Of a DNA stretch of 63,995 nucleotides, positions 1 through 12,919 are shown one piece after another. This DNA is from Octopus bimaculoides (lineage: Eukaryota): positions 20,732,471-20,796,465 of the forward strand of contig NC_068988.1 of the NCBI RefSeq assembly GCF_001194135.2, written 5' to 3'. Position 1 is the stretch's first letter, and each line of letters opens with the position of its first letter. The notes under the pieces were generated by a model that ran no database searches, had not been told where the DNA came from, and saw nothing but the letters and a program-made list of their open reading frames with translations. Position numbers and translations under genes: made by a program.

Positions 1-792
1 TGTGCGTGCGTGCATGTCTGTGTGTGTGTGCATGTCTGTGTGTGTGCGCATATGTCTGTGTGTGTGCACGCATGTCTGTGTGTGTGTGTGTGCATATGTC
101 TGTATGTGTGCGTGTGCATATGTCTGTGTGTATGTGTGTGTGTGTGTGTGTGATCGGGGGGGGGTGATTTTTGCAGCCGCTCCCCTTCTCCTCCATCTCC
201 TCACTGACTACTGCTGTTGCAGCTGCTGTCATCATCATCGTCGTCGTCGTCATTGCTGCTTCAGCTCCAAGTGATCGTTACCATAGCACAGTAGCAGGTC
301 TCACACACACACACAACACACACACAATTATAATAGCAGAGTCATAAGAGATGCTGCTGCTAGCAACAGTACTTCTTTCACCTTCTTCTTTCGCTTAAAA
401 CAAGGCTGGATGGATGGATGGATGGATGGATGGATGGATGGCTGGCTGCAGTGTGTAATTCTGTTTCTAACACCTGTATCAGAGTAGACGTGGCCTTCCA
501 CTGTCTCCCCACCCCCAATTTTTTTTTTTTTTTTTTGGTGCCTACTTCCACTCTGCTAGCCAAACTAACCAACCAGTGTGTATGCACATGCATGCCACCA
601 GTGGTTTTAAATATGGGTAGTGAAACTGTGCAACACACAGAATGTACAAGACCGATAGTGTACTTTATTAAGCATTATTATTATAATGCTAGGCAAAAAA
701 GGCTGTCAGGTGGTAATAGGTATTCTGAGCATCCAAACCGGGTATTCTATAACATTATCATAATAGCAACTAAAATATTCATACAACTGTAG

Positions 793-1040
793 TTGTCGCT
801 GTTCAGCCCCGGGTCAGCCCTGTTAACCAAAAGTGTTGCAGCCATGATTGTCCCATCTTTCTTTAACATTTTTTCCTTTTTTTTTTTTTTGCAGACAGTA
901 AGCAACAACTACCAATATTCATCGTCGTTCTCTCCTCTTTTTAAGATTGCAGGTAGGCGTGGTGTGAACTGAAAGGAACTTGGCTACTATTTCCGGCAGA
1001 GTGAGCAGCTACATAGGGCCAGCTTCGTGGGCTTGTGCTT
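793..1040 (+). repeat. Unclassified interspersed repeat family G (other copies near 2000-2410, 7480-7615, 11155-11370, 30185-30330, 31395-31530, 57400-57560, 61480-61680)
   Basis: Recurring motifs gttgttgtt.agcccc.ggtcagccct and ttggct.ctattt / ctagaaatagcagc. Confidence 0.55.
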
Positions 1041-1806
1041 CATATTACAAGCGATATGAATATAAATACAGTACGCTGTGTTTTGCAATTAGGGGAGAAA
1101 AATACATTGCCTATAATAAATACACACAGAGAATATCACCTCTTTCATTCACAGTATATCTGATCAATGATNNNNNNNNNNNNNNNNNNNNNNNNNNNNN
1201 NNNNNNNNNNNNNNNNNNNNNNNNNNNNNNNNNNNNNNNNNNNNNNNNNNNNNNNNNNNNNNNNNNNNNNNNNNNNNNNNNNNNNNNNNNNNNNNNNNNN
1301 NNNNNNNNNNNNNNNNNNNNNNNNNNNNNNNNNNNNNNNNNNNNNNNNNNNNNNNNNNNNNNNNNNNNNNNNNNNNNNNNNNNNNNNNNNNNNNNNNNNN
1401 NNNNNNNNNNNNNNNNNNNNNNNNNNNNNNNNNNNNNNNNNNNNNNNNNNNNNNNNNNNNNNNNNNNNNNNNNNNNNNNNNNNNNNNNNNNNNNNNNNNN
1501 NNNNNNNNNNNNNNNNNNNNNNNNNNNNNNNNNNNNNNNNNNNNNNNNNNNTTTTATTCTTCGTGTATCACCACACACCAGCCCTCACCGAACTTGGCTG
1601 CATTAATTTCACTGTACCTCGATTAAATACACATTCAAAGTACACTGGGTACAATTATAACTGACATATGCATACACGCACACGCTCTCTCTCTTTCTCT
1701 CTCTCTCTCACACACACACACATACGTGAATAGCCGGTACCGTAATGCATAAGCCATTAATGGCATGCTACTAAAAATTCTGAATTCTGCTCAACAGATC
1801 CTAGTA

Positions 1807-1962
1807 CAGTGTTTCCCAACCTTATTGTTTAGTCCAACATCCCTTTGATGGCAAGTCGAATAGGACAGCACTTCTCCCTAAAACCTTCCATAGTGATATT
1901 GAAAAGAAATTCCCAGCAGCCCCAAAAAAGGGATTTTAGCAGCCCAGGTTGAGGAAACACAA
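1807..1962. mobile_element. hAT(Charlie)-like MITE
   Basis: CAGTGTTTCCCAACCT ... AGGTTGAGGAAACAC; no clear 8-bp TSD. Confidence 0.45.
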
Positions 1963-2616
1963 CCTCAGTGTGTTGCTATTATCTATTTAAGCCAACAAAG
2001 GAACCTCTACATGAATGCTTGACTTGCTAGAATTAGCAGCCAACTATCCATAAACTCATGCTGTCTTTAAAAGAAAAGGGAGCACATACTGGAGAATGTG
2101 GTCCTAGATACATTAGGTCAGAAACTAGGAGCCGTGGGTGGAACCCGGGGCTAAACAGCAACAAAAGCAACTAGTATTTACTGTGACATGCATCACACAA
2201 TTACTGTACTTATTCAAGCCAGTGCTTTGCTGCTCGGTCTCCTAGAAATAGCAGCTAAATTTTTTCTCTCAAATCAAAACTCACCAACTTAAACAAAGCA
2301 AAAATTTATTATATGTGCTAGATTATCCTAATACAATTGGATGGTCATGGCTAGAATGCTTCTAACAGATCGTTTCTATCAAGACTGACCAATGGCAAAA
2401 CAGCAACAGCTGTCATTTTATTGATCACTGCAAAAATAAAAGGCAAATTGAACTCCATTGAAAAATTTGAACTTCAAATCTAAAGAAACTCAACACTGAT
2501 GTTTTTAGCCAAATGTTCTGCTAGTTCTCTCAAACTAACACTCCAGGAATTTCTATCTGATTGTTTGACGTGCCAGAAATAGCAGCCTTATCTTCCTCAA
2601 ATCATTTTTTGCATTA

Positions 2617-2914
2617 CACTAATCCCTCGCGATATCACAGTTCACCCATCGCGGTTTATGATTTAAGCTTATGTTGATTCCTCTGTGGTGTTGTTTTGCA
2701 TTTATAATAAAATTAATATATACAAATTTTAAAAATAATTAAAAAATATACAGGCGCAGGAGTGGCTGTGTGGTAAGTAGCTTGCTTACCAACCACATGG
2801 TTCCAGGTTCAGTCCCACTGCTTGGCATCTTGGGCAAGTGTCTTCTACTATAGCCTTGGGCCGACCAAAGCCTTGTGAGTGGATTTGGTAAACGGAAACT
2901 GAAAGAAGCCCGTC

Positions 2915-2976
<62 letters not shown>

Positions 2977-3278
2977 GCGTGTATATGTTTGTGTGTCTGT
3001 GTTTGTCCCCCTGGCATCGCCTGACAACCGATGTTGGTGTGTTTACATCCCTGTAACTTAGCGGTTCGGCAAAAGAGACCGATAGAATAAGTATTAGGCT
3101 TCCAAAAAATAAGTCCTGGGGTCGATTTGCTCGACTAAAGGCGGTGCTCCAGCATGGCCGCAGTCAAATGACTGAAACAAGTAAAAGAGTAAAAGAGAGT
3201 ACTGTTTCTACTCCACGGATTTTCACCTATCGCGTGGGGGTGGGGAACGTAACACCTGTGATAGTCAAGGGATTACTG
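2617..3278. mobile_element. Tigger/pogo-like MITE split by a family A SINE
   Basis: TA|CACTAATCCCTCGCGATATC ... GATAGTCAAGGGATTACTG; SINE at 2752-3200 lies inside. Confidence 0.7.
2752..3200 (+). mobile_element. SINE family A (tRNA-like head, Meta-domain-like core, internal (TA)n/(TG)n microsatellite), full length
   Basis: Head GGCGCAGGAGTGGCTGTGTGGTAAG...GGTTCAGTCCC with A/B-box-like motifs, core GCCTTGTGAGTGGATTTGGTA.ACGGAAACTGAAAGAAGCCCGTCG, tail (GTAAAAGA)n; at least 10 copies in the window. Confidence 0.9.
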
Positions 3279-3643
3279 CATTACAAAAGTGAAGGACACA
3301 CTGGATCATAGAAATAATATATTTCTAAATCTCTCAGAGAGATTTATGCAGTAGCAGCAAGATAAAGTGATGGCATGTTGTCAACTTAATGTGACAGTCC
3401 CATAAAAAGGGAAGAATGCTACTGTTATTTAGCCCTAGAAAACACCGTTTCCTGTTGGACTTGACACATTTCCTGTGTCCTCATGTTTTCAAAGTGGAGA
3501 CAAGCACCTCCACCAAGCAATACAGTTTATATATGATATAATCAAACTCCCTCAGTTATATAGGACTGCTAGATCAAACCTGATCTGGAAAAAACAACTA
3601 CCACCATAACCTTACCACGGGTTAAAGTTCTAAATTGAAAGTT

Positions 3644-3800
3644 AGTGGCTGTGTGGTATGTAGTTTGCTTACCAACCACATAGTTTCAGGTTCAGTCCCA
3701 CTGCGTGGCACCTTGAGCAAGTGTCTTCTACTATAGCCTCAGGCCGACTAAAGCCTTGTGAGTGGATTTGGTAGACGGAAACTGAAAGAAGCCCATCATA

Positions 3801-3844
<44 letters not shown>

Positions 3845-4055
3845 TGTGTGTCTGTGTTTGTCCCTCCAGCATCGCTTGACAACCGATGTTGGTGTGTTTA
3901 TGTCCCCCATAACTTAGCGGTTTGGCAAAAGAGACCGATAGAATAAGTACTAGGCTTCCAAAGAATAAGTCCTGGGGGTCGATTTGCTCGACTAAAAGGC
4001 GGTGCTCCAGCATGGCCGTAGTCAAATGACTGAAACAAGTAAAAGAGTAAAGAGT
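3644..4055 (+). mobile_element. SINE family A copy
   Basis: Near-identical to 2752-3200. Confidence 0.9.
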
Positions 4056-4455
4056 ATGTCCATAATGACAATGTGAAGGCCACAGCTAAAACAGTGAAAA
4101 AAACAATCATAGAAGGGCTGTTGCCATACCAGACTTTTATTTATTTATTTATTTATTATCCCAGGTAAGACAATGCCACGTCATATCTGATATGGTACAT
4201 CTGTATTCGATCAGTTACTATGTTCAAGTGTTAAAACTGTCTGGAGTTGCATAACAAAAGGCTGATAACTAATGAACAAAAGTGCTACATGTATGGTGTG
4301 AGCTGCTCATTAACCAAATAATAAGTATATTAACAAAGTGCTTTTGTTTCATTCATACTAAGAAGAAGTGAAGTGTTATCCTGATGTGGATTAACCATTT
4401 TGATACCAACCAGTCAAAGCTCTGTGATACAAGCTTCCTGTTTTAAAGAAATCTA

Positions 4456-4577
4456 CAGGGTGTCCATAAAGTCTGGGTACATGGGGATAAACACATACTT
4501 AAAGAAATTATTATTTCTTGTATTTAACTGTTAATGATTTTATTTACTCCATGTACCCAGACTTTGTGGACACCCTG
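4456..4577. mobile_element. 122-bp Tc1/mariner-type MITE with 29-bp TIRs and TA TSD
   Basis: TA|CAGGGTGTCCATAAAGTCTGGGTACATGG ... CCATGTACCCAGACTTTGTGGACACCCTG|TA; 28/29 TIR identity. Confidence 0.9.
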
Positions 4578-5370
4578 TAGATTAAAATTCTTCCAACAAA
4601 ATTTCATACTAATTTACATTTTCAAACATCAGCTTTATAATGAGAAAGTTATTTTACTAAATTTTCCATCTTTTTCAAAATCATTTGAAACGAAGGGAAT
4701 ATATTTTGACAGAAATATGGTAATGAAAGGGTTCAGTATCTTCTCTTATTTGGTTGCATCCCTTTTATAGGCAAATATCACAAAGTCATCTCAACCATTT
4801 GATTTTCTGGGGTCAATAAAATAAGTTTCTTTTCTTTTTCTTTTAATAACTTTATCAAAAGATGCAGCCATACTCATAACTTTGCAGGCCCTCCCAGACT
4901 TCTCAGATTGAGGGATCAGATATCCAGTCTGAATTTCTGCCAGAAACACACAGTTAAGGAGGGGACAAAGTCTTGTACAGATGCTTGCAACAGAGTAAAC
5001 TTTGATAAAAATTCCCAAAGACCTGCTAAGTTATTTAAACCAGGTTGCATGTTAAGCCTGCCACCAAGTTATTTTGTAATTTGTCATTACCCCCATCATC
5101 TTTACACCTGTTTCAAGGTGCGACAATACCTATGATCTTAGTTTCCTTCATCATTTTATCAATTACAACAATGTCTGGTCTCTGAGCATCAATCGCTCAA
5201 TCTCATTGAATTGTAAGATTCTACAAGATCTTATACACATTATTCTCATCAACATCTGGTTATGCTTGTACCATTTCAATGTCCTTTCAAGGCTGTACTT
5301 CTCACACAATCTCGAATTAACATATACTTAGCTATGTTGTTGTTGTTATTATTATTATTATTATTATTAT

Positions 5371-5422
5371 TGAGAGAGAGAGAGAGAGCAGCACATGCCA
5401 TCAAAGTGACACTGGGGTACAA

Positions 5423-5459
<37 letters not shown>

Positions 5460-5503
5460 GAGAGAGAGCAGCACGTCATCAAAGTGACATTGGGGTACAA
5501 ATA
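5371..5503 (-). mobile_element. Two ~50-bp terminal fragments of element F within (ATT)n
   Basis: gagagcagcac(atg)ccatcaaagtgaca.tggggtacaaat occurs twice and is the reverse complement of the F end. Confidence 0.7.
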
Positions 5504-5523
5504 TTGTTATTATTAATATTATT

Positions 5524-5817
5524 CATCATCATCATCGTTTAACGTCCGCTTTCCATGCTAGCGTGGGTTGGACGATTTGACTGAGGACTAGCAAGCCAGA
5601 AGGCTTCACCAGGCTCCAATCTGATCTGGCAGAGTTTCTACAGCTGGATGTACTTCCTAACACCAACCACTCCGAGAGTGTAGTGGGTGCTTTTACGTGC
5701 CACCAGCACGAGGGCCAGCCACACGGTACTGGCAACAGCCACGCTCAAAAAGGTGTTTTTTACGTGCCACCTGCACGGGAGCCAGTCCAGCGGCACTGGC
5801 AAAGACCTCGCTCGAAT
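5524..5817 (-). mobile_element. Family C element (RTE-3'UTR-related SINE or truncated LINE, V-domain-like GGAAGGGCATCC core)
   Basis: catcatcatcgtttaacgtccgctttccatgctagc... is the reverse-complement (GAT)n tail shared with the RTE at 21350-21930. Confidence 0.8.
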
Positions 5818-5916
5818 GATTTTCTAACGTTACTTGTATTCACATCATACATTGCTCTGCACACAAAAGATTTTTCTTAATGTAAACCCTTGTGGTTAAT
5901 AAAGAAATCATTATTA

Positions 5917-5952
<36 letters not shown>

Positions 5953-7645
5953 CAGAAATGAGCTGAGAGGAGGCTATTCCTGAAATGGCAAGCAGAAATG
6001 GTAGACATGTACATCACTTTTCTTATACACTACCACTTGACCATCATGCCATGCCATCAATTTTGTTTGACAATACTGATGCATCTATTCTTTTGCATCT
6101 TGTAGAAGGGGGCACATCCTAATGGTCAGGTCGTTGACCTGCCGCCAAGATCCTCTAAACTGGGGAACTATTGATGAACACATCTTGTCTCCTCACTGGA
6201 ACTGCAGTCCTGAGTCAAGCAAAGACCAAGACTACATGTCTGGTATTTGGAATGTTGCTAGGCACCCAAAGCCATCTACCAGCCAGGTAACACAAGGGGT
6301 GGAACTTCCATGATAGTTTTCAATAAAGGACTAGTGGTGAAGAAGAAGAAGAAGATTCATGGGTAAACTCTGAGTAGACTGGCTGTCCTGTTTTGGAAGA
6401 CTTTCAGTCCAAAGACCATAGATGACTTCCAGAAATCCCTAACCTGATACAGCCACTGGGGCTCACTGTCAGTTCAAAACAACCTCTACAGGCATGTAAT
6501 ATGCTGTTAGCCTGATCTGTCTGAAATGTGAGCAGAGTAATGAAACCATTCTGCATACATTCATTCAGTGTCCCAAGAATTGTTAACTTGCAGATCATGT
6601 CAAACAGCTATTACTACCCATTGGATGGATTTGACCACTGGCCAAGTCCATTGTGAAGATTGTTCCACCACTTTCCAGGAAGGACAAGCAGTTTTCTTCT
6701 GTCTACTATTTATAGAATGTGGTTGTATAGGAGACACAACTGAAGGGACTAAGATCAAATACTTTTCTATTAGCCCACTTAAGGAGGAAGATATATTTAA
6801 TTATTTAAGAGTGGAAATATATTTAATTATTATGTTAGATGGGAATGAGAGCTACTTGCCATAAAGTTGACACTACAAAGGCACTTCGCTACTACTTTTA
6901 CCAGACATCAAAAAAACAAAATTTAAAAAGAAACTTTGAGGGAGAGAGATACAACAATTTCATCAGTAGAAGGATTTTTCTGCAGGAGTGGAGATTCAAT
7001 TAGGTGTAGAATATGGCTGAATGTTTTCCTGTCAGTGCCAAAGCTCTGAATCACTAACTCACTAAGATGTTTTTTAAGGTATATTACAATCCCACCTGAC
7101 GAACAGATTTTAAAATCATTTAGCAGAGAAACCATCAAATATTAACTGAGACATAACCTGGATTCTTTTAATTATGCCTAACAAACACACAAACACAAAG
7201 ATGTGGACAAACAGAGAATATACAGACAGACAAATATACTTATATACATTCAGAAATAGATATTTCTTGAAACTCATGAACTCCCAAATACCTCCAGACA
7301 ATATAATGAAACATACACAACACAATACAATATAACACATGATACAATGCACACAATACATACATGAGTACAAATGTAACTCTCATATACTGAACACATA
7401 CGTTTTCTGTTTAAATGATATCAACATCTGATTTCTATTGTTATCATAGTAAGGCAGTGGATTATCACTTTCAGCCATCTTGAAAAAAAAAAGCGAAGGA
7501 CAGATGAGATAATGTAGTCTTAGAAAACCTTATAAAAGACAAGATGGCCATGGTTGGAATGCCTTTGATCATAAGTTTGCTCGGTCAAGATTGACCCATA
7601 GCTAGGTAACAACACATATTCATAGAACACACAAACCTGCTGTCA

Positions 7646-7845
7646 TTATTTAACGTCTGCTTTCCATGCTAGCATGGGTTGGACGATTTGACTGGGGACT
7701 AGCGAACCAGATGGTTACACCAGACTCCAATCTGATCTGGCAGGGTTTCTACAGCTGGATGCTCTTCCTAACGCCAACCACTCCAAAAGTGTAGTGAGTG
7801 TTTTTTACATGCCACCGGCACGAGGGAGGGCCAGCCTGGCGGGGC
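7646..7845 (-). mobile_element. Family C element
   Basis: Same reverse-complement body. Confidence 0.8.
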
Positions 7846-8217
7846 TGTCTTTGCATATAATATAAACATTGCTCATTTTGTTTAATGTGTTGGAGTCATC
7901 TTTTTACACACTGCCGGACACTGCACATCACACATACATCTGCTGCCATGTTGATTACACCAGAACAAATTAACAGTTTCCCTAAACAAAACTACTACTG
8001 TTTCCATTACTCATGAACAACACTAAAGAACACCATGCTATACTCTATACCACGCTGAGCAACATAATCTAACAAACACAAGTTTCAAAAGCACAACAAT
8101 ACATCATTGTCATTTACGAAATGCAGAGGAGAAATATAATTTATAAATAGGCAGAAATCACTTATAACAGATCAACAGATTCACCTGATATTGGATACAT
8201 GTGAATAAAGGGCTTAT

Positions 8218-9020
8218 CCCTTTAGTATTTAAAACATACATATCTGGCCATTCACACCTTTAGAATGACCTACAATGTCATTCTAAAAATAAACAATTAT
8301 ATCATCAAAATCTTAAAGCTATGGAATAATGCATGATTATTGTAAAAACCCATGTAATTTACGCATTTTTTCGCAAACTTAAAAATAAACTTTAGGAGTG
8401 CATAAATTACATGAGATCATTTCCAGAATTTTTTTAGAAATTTATTTCATTGAAAAAAGATGTACAAAACATAAACAGTCGTAATGGAAGTTGACCCATT
8501 TAGTGTCAGAATAGGTTTTTACACAAAAAATAAGGGCTTAAATATAATGAAGTTGACTTTTATTTATGCGGGACGGTATAATTCTTACTTTTTCTGTATA
8601 CATTTACTAAAACCATTTAATGGTTATCTATTTCCTGAAGTCTGATATTCATGCTGCTAATCACGGTCTGGGCCATATTATTATAAACGACACAAACACT
8701 TTGTAATTTAATAGCTTTTAATGTGATACCTGTTAAACAGAAATTATTTTTATTTAATGAAGATTTAATAAAATCTAATCATAAGTGAAATTATGCTAAA
8801 TGCAACTAAATTGAAAACTTTTCCCCCTGGCCATATAAGCAATTCTGAAAACTTCTGGATGTAAATTTTACATGAGTAGAAGTTTTTTTTAACAAATTTT
8901 ATCCTGAAAATTACCTGCATAAATTACAAATAGCGCAAATTACATGGGTTTTTATGGTAATTGAAAATAATGATAATACATAAGCGTTACATTTGACAGA
9001 ATAATCCAAATGTTAAAGGG
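8218..9020. mobile_element. piggyBac-like ~220-bp MITE interrupted by the 8340-8957 element
   Basis: TTAT|CCCTTTAG ... TTAAAGGG|TTAA; the two halves rejoin as in the uninterrupted copy at 16600-16818. Confidence 0.75.
8340..8957. mobile_element. 618-bp Tc1/mariner (pogo/Tc2-like) non-autonomous element with TA TSD
   Basis: TIRs TTGTAAAAACCCATGTAATTTACGC / GCGCAAATTACATGGGTTTTTATGG, with TA at 8338-8339 and 8958-8959. Confidence 0.8.
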
Positions 9021-9487
9021 TTAATGATGTGGAGTGGTCTGTGGTACCCAACAACCATCACATGCAGACCACAACCAGACTAGAGTTCAAATCAAATAGC
9101 AAGATGGAGTAAGATGAAAAGCTTGACAACCTTGTGTCCACAAGGCAAAATATCCAAACCACAAAAACACTTAACCCTTTAGTATTCCGATTATTTTGTT
9201 AAATGTAAAGCTTATTTATTCACCTTCTTTAAAGTTAATAATTTATTATCTTGTAGCTTTAAGATTGCAAGGTTAAACACCTTTCAAGCACATACTAGCA
9301 TACTTGATCACAATAATAAAAGAATACTAATTTAAAAATAGTTCACAGGTCATGGACAATATTTGCCACTTCTACGTGGGAACCTTCAACTTTACGGTAC
9401 ATTTTCACACAACAGAATTACACACCTTACTATCATGCAATACAATTTTTTTCCTGACTCAGTTGAAAAAAACACCCCAATACTTGA

Positions 9488-9702
9488 GCATTCAGATTAC
9501 TCTGTCAAGCATAATGCTTATTCATTCACACTGTTTTCAGTTGATTATGCATTATCTCATAACCGTTGAGATTTCAATGATGTGATAATGTATTTTTAGA
9601 ATGACATTGTAAGGTAGGTGTGAGAGGCCAGATCTTGTTGGTTTGAACATAAAAACAGGTAGAATATTTGGGCTGGATATGGTTGGTTTAAATGCTAAAG
9701 GA
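9488..9702. mobile_element. Same piggyBac-like MITE, reverse orientation, one end damaged
   Basis: Reverse complement of the 16600-16818 body; ends AATGCTAAAGGA|TTAA. Confidence 0.7.
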
Positions 9703-10177
9703 TTAATGAATTATGAGAAAACCCAAGGATTGTGCATCAACCAAATCTCCTTTGAATACCACTCATGAAATAACAGGTCTAGAAAACAGCTGGACAAACA
9801 TATCCTGAATAATACAGCGTAGCCCCAAAAGTTTTCACACTGCATTACATACAGGATAACTTGTGCACTTTGGCATGTAGGTGGCTATCAAATGCTCATT
9901 CAATCCAACTGTATCTATTCTAACAATGGGAGTACAGACAAACAGACAGACAATTCTGGACTCACATCGTACACAACAACTTTTCTAGTTTGACACTTTA
10001 ATATATCTTATACAGTGAAATCTAGTTATGCCAACAAAGCAATGAAGTATTCTCCCTAGACAAATACTAGCTAAGAAATATAGGATGTCTAGTATATGTA
10101 AAGTTGGAAGTAGGTTAAATAGATCCCTTATTAAGTAATAACATTAAAATCAGTGGGTTTTATAATTATACATATCA

Positions 10178-10712
10178 CAGGCGTAGGAGTGGCTGTGTGG
10201 TAAGTAGCTTGCTTACGAAACACATGGTACCGGGTTTAGACCTACTGAGTGGCACCTTGGGCAAGTGTCTTCTACTATAGCCTTGGGCCGACCAAAGCCT
10301 TGTGAGTGGATTTGGTAGACGGAAACTGAAAGAAGCTCGTCGTATATATGTATATATATATATATATATATNNNNNNNNNNNNNNNNNNNNNNNNNNNNN
10401 NNNNNNNNNNNNNNNNNNNNNNNNNNNNNNNNNNNNNNNNNNNNNNNNNNNNNNNNNNNNNNNNNNNNNNNNNNNNNNNNNNNNNNNNNNNNNNNNNNNN
10501 NNNNNNNNNNNNNNNTTTGTCCCCACCAACATCGCTTGACAACCGATGCTGGTGTGTTTACGTCCCTGTTACTTAGCAGTTCGGCAAAAGAGGCTGATAG
10601 AATAAGTACTCAGCTTCCAAAGAATAAGTCCTGGGGTCGATTTGCTCGACTAAAGGTGATGCTCCAGCATGGCCGCAGTCAAATGACTGAAACAAGTAAA
10701 AGAGTAAAGAGT
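10178..10712 (+). mobile_element. SINE family A copy (gap over the internal microsatellite)
   Basis: Head and tail halves match family A on either side of the N run. Confidence 0.88.
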
Positions 10713-12919
10713 GAGAATAATGTAATGGTGTCTGGTGCATGGTGTACCTCTCTCAAGTTGTTAGCATGAACAATAAGAGAGTTTTCTCAAACAAGTAGTT
10801 TCTTTTTTTTTCACTCTGTTGAAATCAAATCCTCTTATGGTCAACGAATCAACATAACAAATTATATGCCGTGTCTAACAAAGAAATCAACATCCATTAT
10901 CAAGAGGTAGAATTTAGATGACAAGAGTTGCTAATGTGATGATTTAACTGGGTCGTGTTTTCAAAACCAATCAAGGGATTTACATTGTGCCACCATAAAA
11001 CATGACACATTAATCTGCTTTGATTACTGATATGAGTTTACTTAGAAAGAAGATTAGTTACACTCACTTGCTGAATAACTATCTGGAGCAAGAAATTCAG
11101 TCAGCTGTAAACCAGCTGCTTCAACACTATGTGCAAACATGAGCCAGTGAGGAAGCCTCTAGTTGGTTGCTTGACCTACTAAATACAGCAGCTAAATCAC
11201 TCTCAAATTACATTCCGATTGTCTTAAAAAGAAGAGATGTGCATAGCAAGGATAATACAGTTCTGGATACTTGGGTACTTTATACTTTAAACAAAGACAA
11301 GGTGATATTAGCTTGAATGTCTTTAATTAAAGGTTTGCTCAATCAGAGCTGAACTGAAGCTAAACAACAAACTATGTAAATATTCATATTTACACAACCA
11401 TCTACAATGGAAAGAAAACATAAATGCATTAACCTATGCGTTAAAAAAAAAAAGAGCTAAAAAAAATGAACACGGCAAAAATCTATACATCTTTGTGTCC
11501 TTATGATCAACATTTTATCCCAATAGCACTAAAGGTTTTGTCTCAAATACAGTGGTTATGTATATCAAACACATTTCCTACGTTTGAGCTGGCTGCTTTT
11601 CCTAAAACCAAACCTTTTAAACAAGAAGGGCACAGGGAACTTACTTATTCCTCATCAGGCAACAGGTGCAATATGCCATCTAGAAATTTCAGAGAAGTCA
11701 TCAACATGCATGCACATGCACACACACACACACGCACAATGTACAGTATTTCTCCCAAGTTCTCTATAGTAAGATTCAAATAAAGGAGATGCATGAAAAG
11801 TGAAATGTTATATAGTAGAGAATGGAGACAAGTAGAGATTGGGGGAAAATGAGAAAGCATGGTACACTAGGTTCACAAAGTTAACTTAAAACTGAATTAA
11901 ATATGAAATAAAAACAGAGTTCAAGTATGGTCTCTCAACAAATAATGTCAAGAAAAGTTATAAACAGTAAAAAGCATTTACATAGGGACATTACATAGAT
12001 ACTGTCATCTACTGTAATAATACACTTGTGTTTTTCTCCATCACAGCATATGAATGAGAAAGGAAATGGTGATAGATGACTAAGGAAGGAAGGGGTGATG
12101 GTAAACTGGTGAGATGGTGAACATTCAATGCTTAAGAGAAAAATCAAACAGCATTTCAACTCTGTGTGAGCATATGTGTGTATGTGTACAAGGGATGTGA
12201 ATGTGTGTGAACATTGACAAGTGTATTAATTTGATTTACCATCCCTATTTATATATAAAATACTACAATTAGCTGCCATTTTTGATGGCATGGGGGCCAG
12301 CTAGTATAGTATAAATTATAGAGGACAAAATAATTGAGATGAGAGTTCCGTTTCTAGATTGTGGAAAATAACTAGCAAAATAAGGTTAAATCAAGATGTA
12401 ACTAAGACAAAATTGAGATTGTTGTGTCTTCGCAGATAAGGTCACACTGAATCAACACATATAAAAAGAACTGAGTGTTATAAACCAGTCCTACCCATGG
12501 AACAATAGACTTGAGAAGCAAAGCATGATGCACCAAAATTTAAGGGGATTCGAAATATAGGGTTGCCGACATACAGTCAAATGCAAGAGATCTTAGTGTT
12601 ATAAAATTTCAATTGACAACTGACAACGAATCACAAACTCAACACTTGAAGTTAGCACCAGACAGCAGAAGACTATCATCATCATTGATTTTGAACGTCC
12701 ACATTTCAATGCTCATGTTGGTCAGAAAGAATTTGTTAAGGCAGCGTTTTCTATGGCCAAATGTTCTGCCTGCCACCAACTCTCCCCTGTTTCCAAATAA
12801 GGTAATGCTTCCCCTATGACCAGACATGTTTTCATGGAAGACTGAAAATGAAGGACACCATTTGCATGAGTGACAACTTGTTTACAATAGTCAAGTGATG
12901 TCAAGGCAAGGAGATACCA

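Noticed and set aside
6106-6286. Plus-strand AG...GT bounded segment as an exon of a nested gene
   Set aside because: No recognisable host protein and no partner exons; better explained as a transposase-like relic or chance.
6404-6598. NGFITLLTF resembling SH2 DGLITTLHY as the missing next Abl exon
   Set aside because: No HHHS/PAPK/GGGQYG context; similarity is at chance level.
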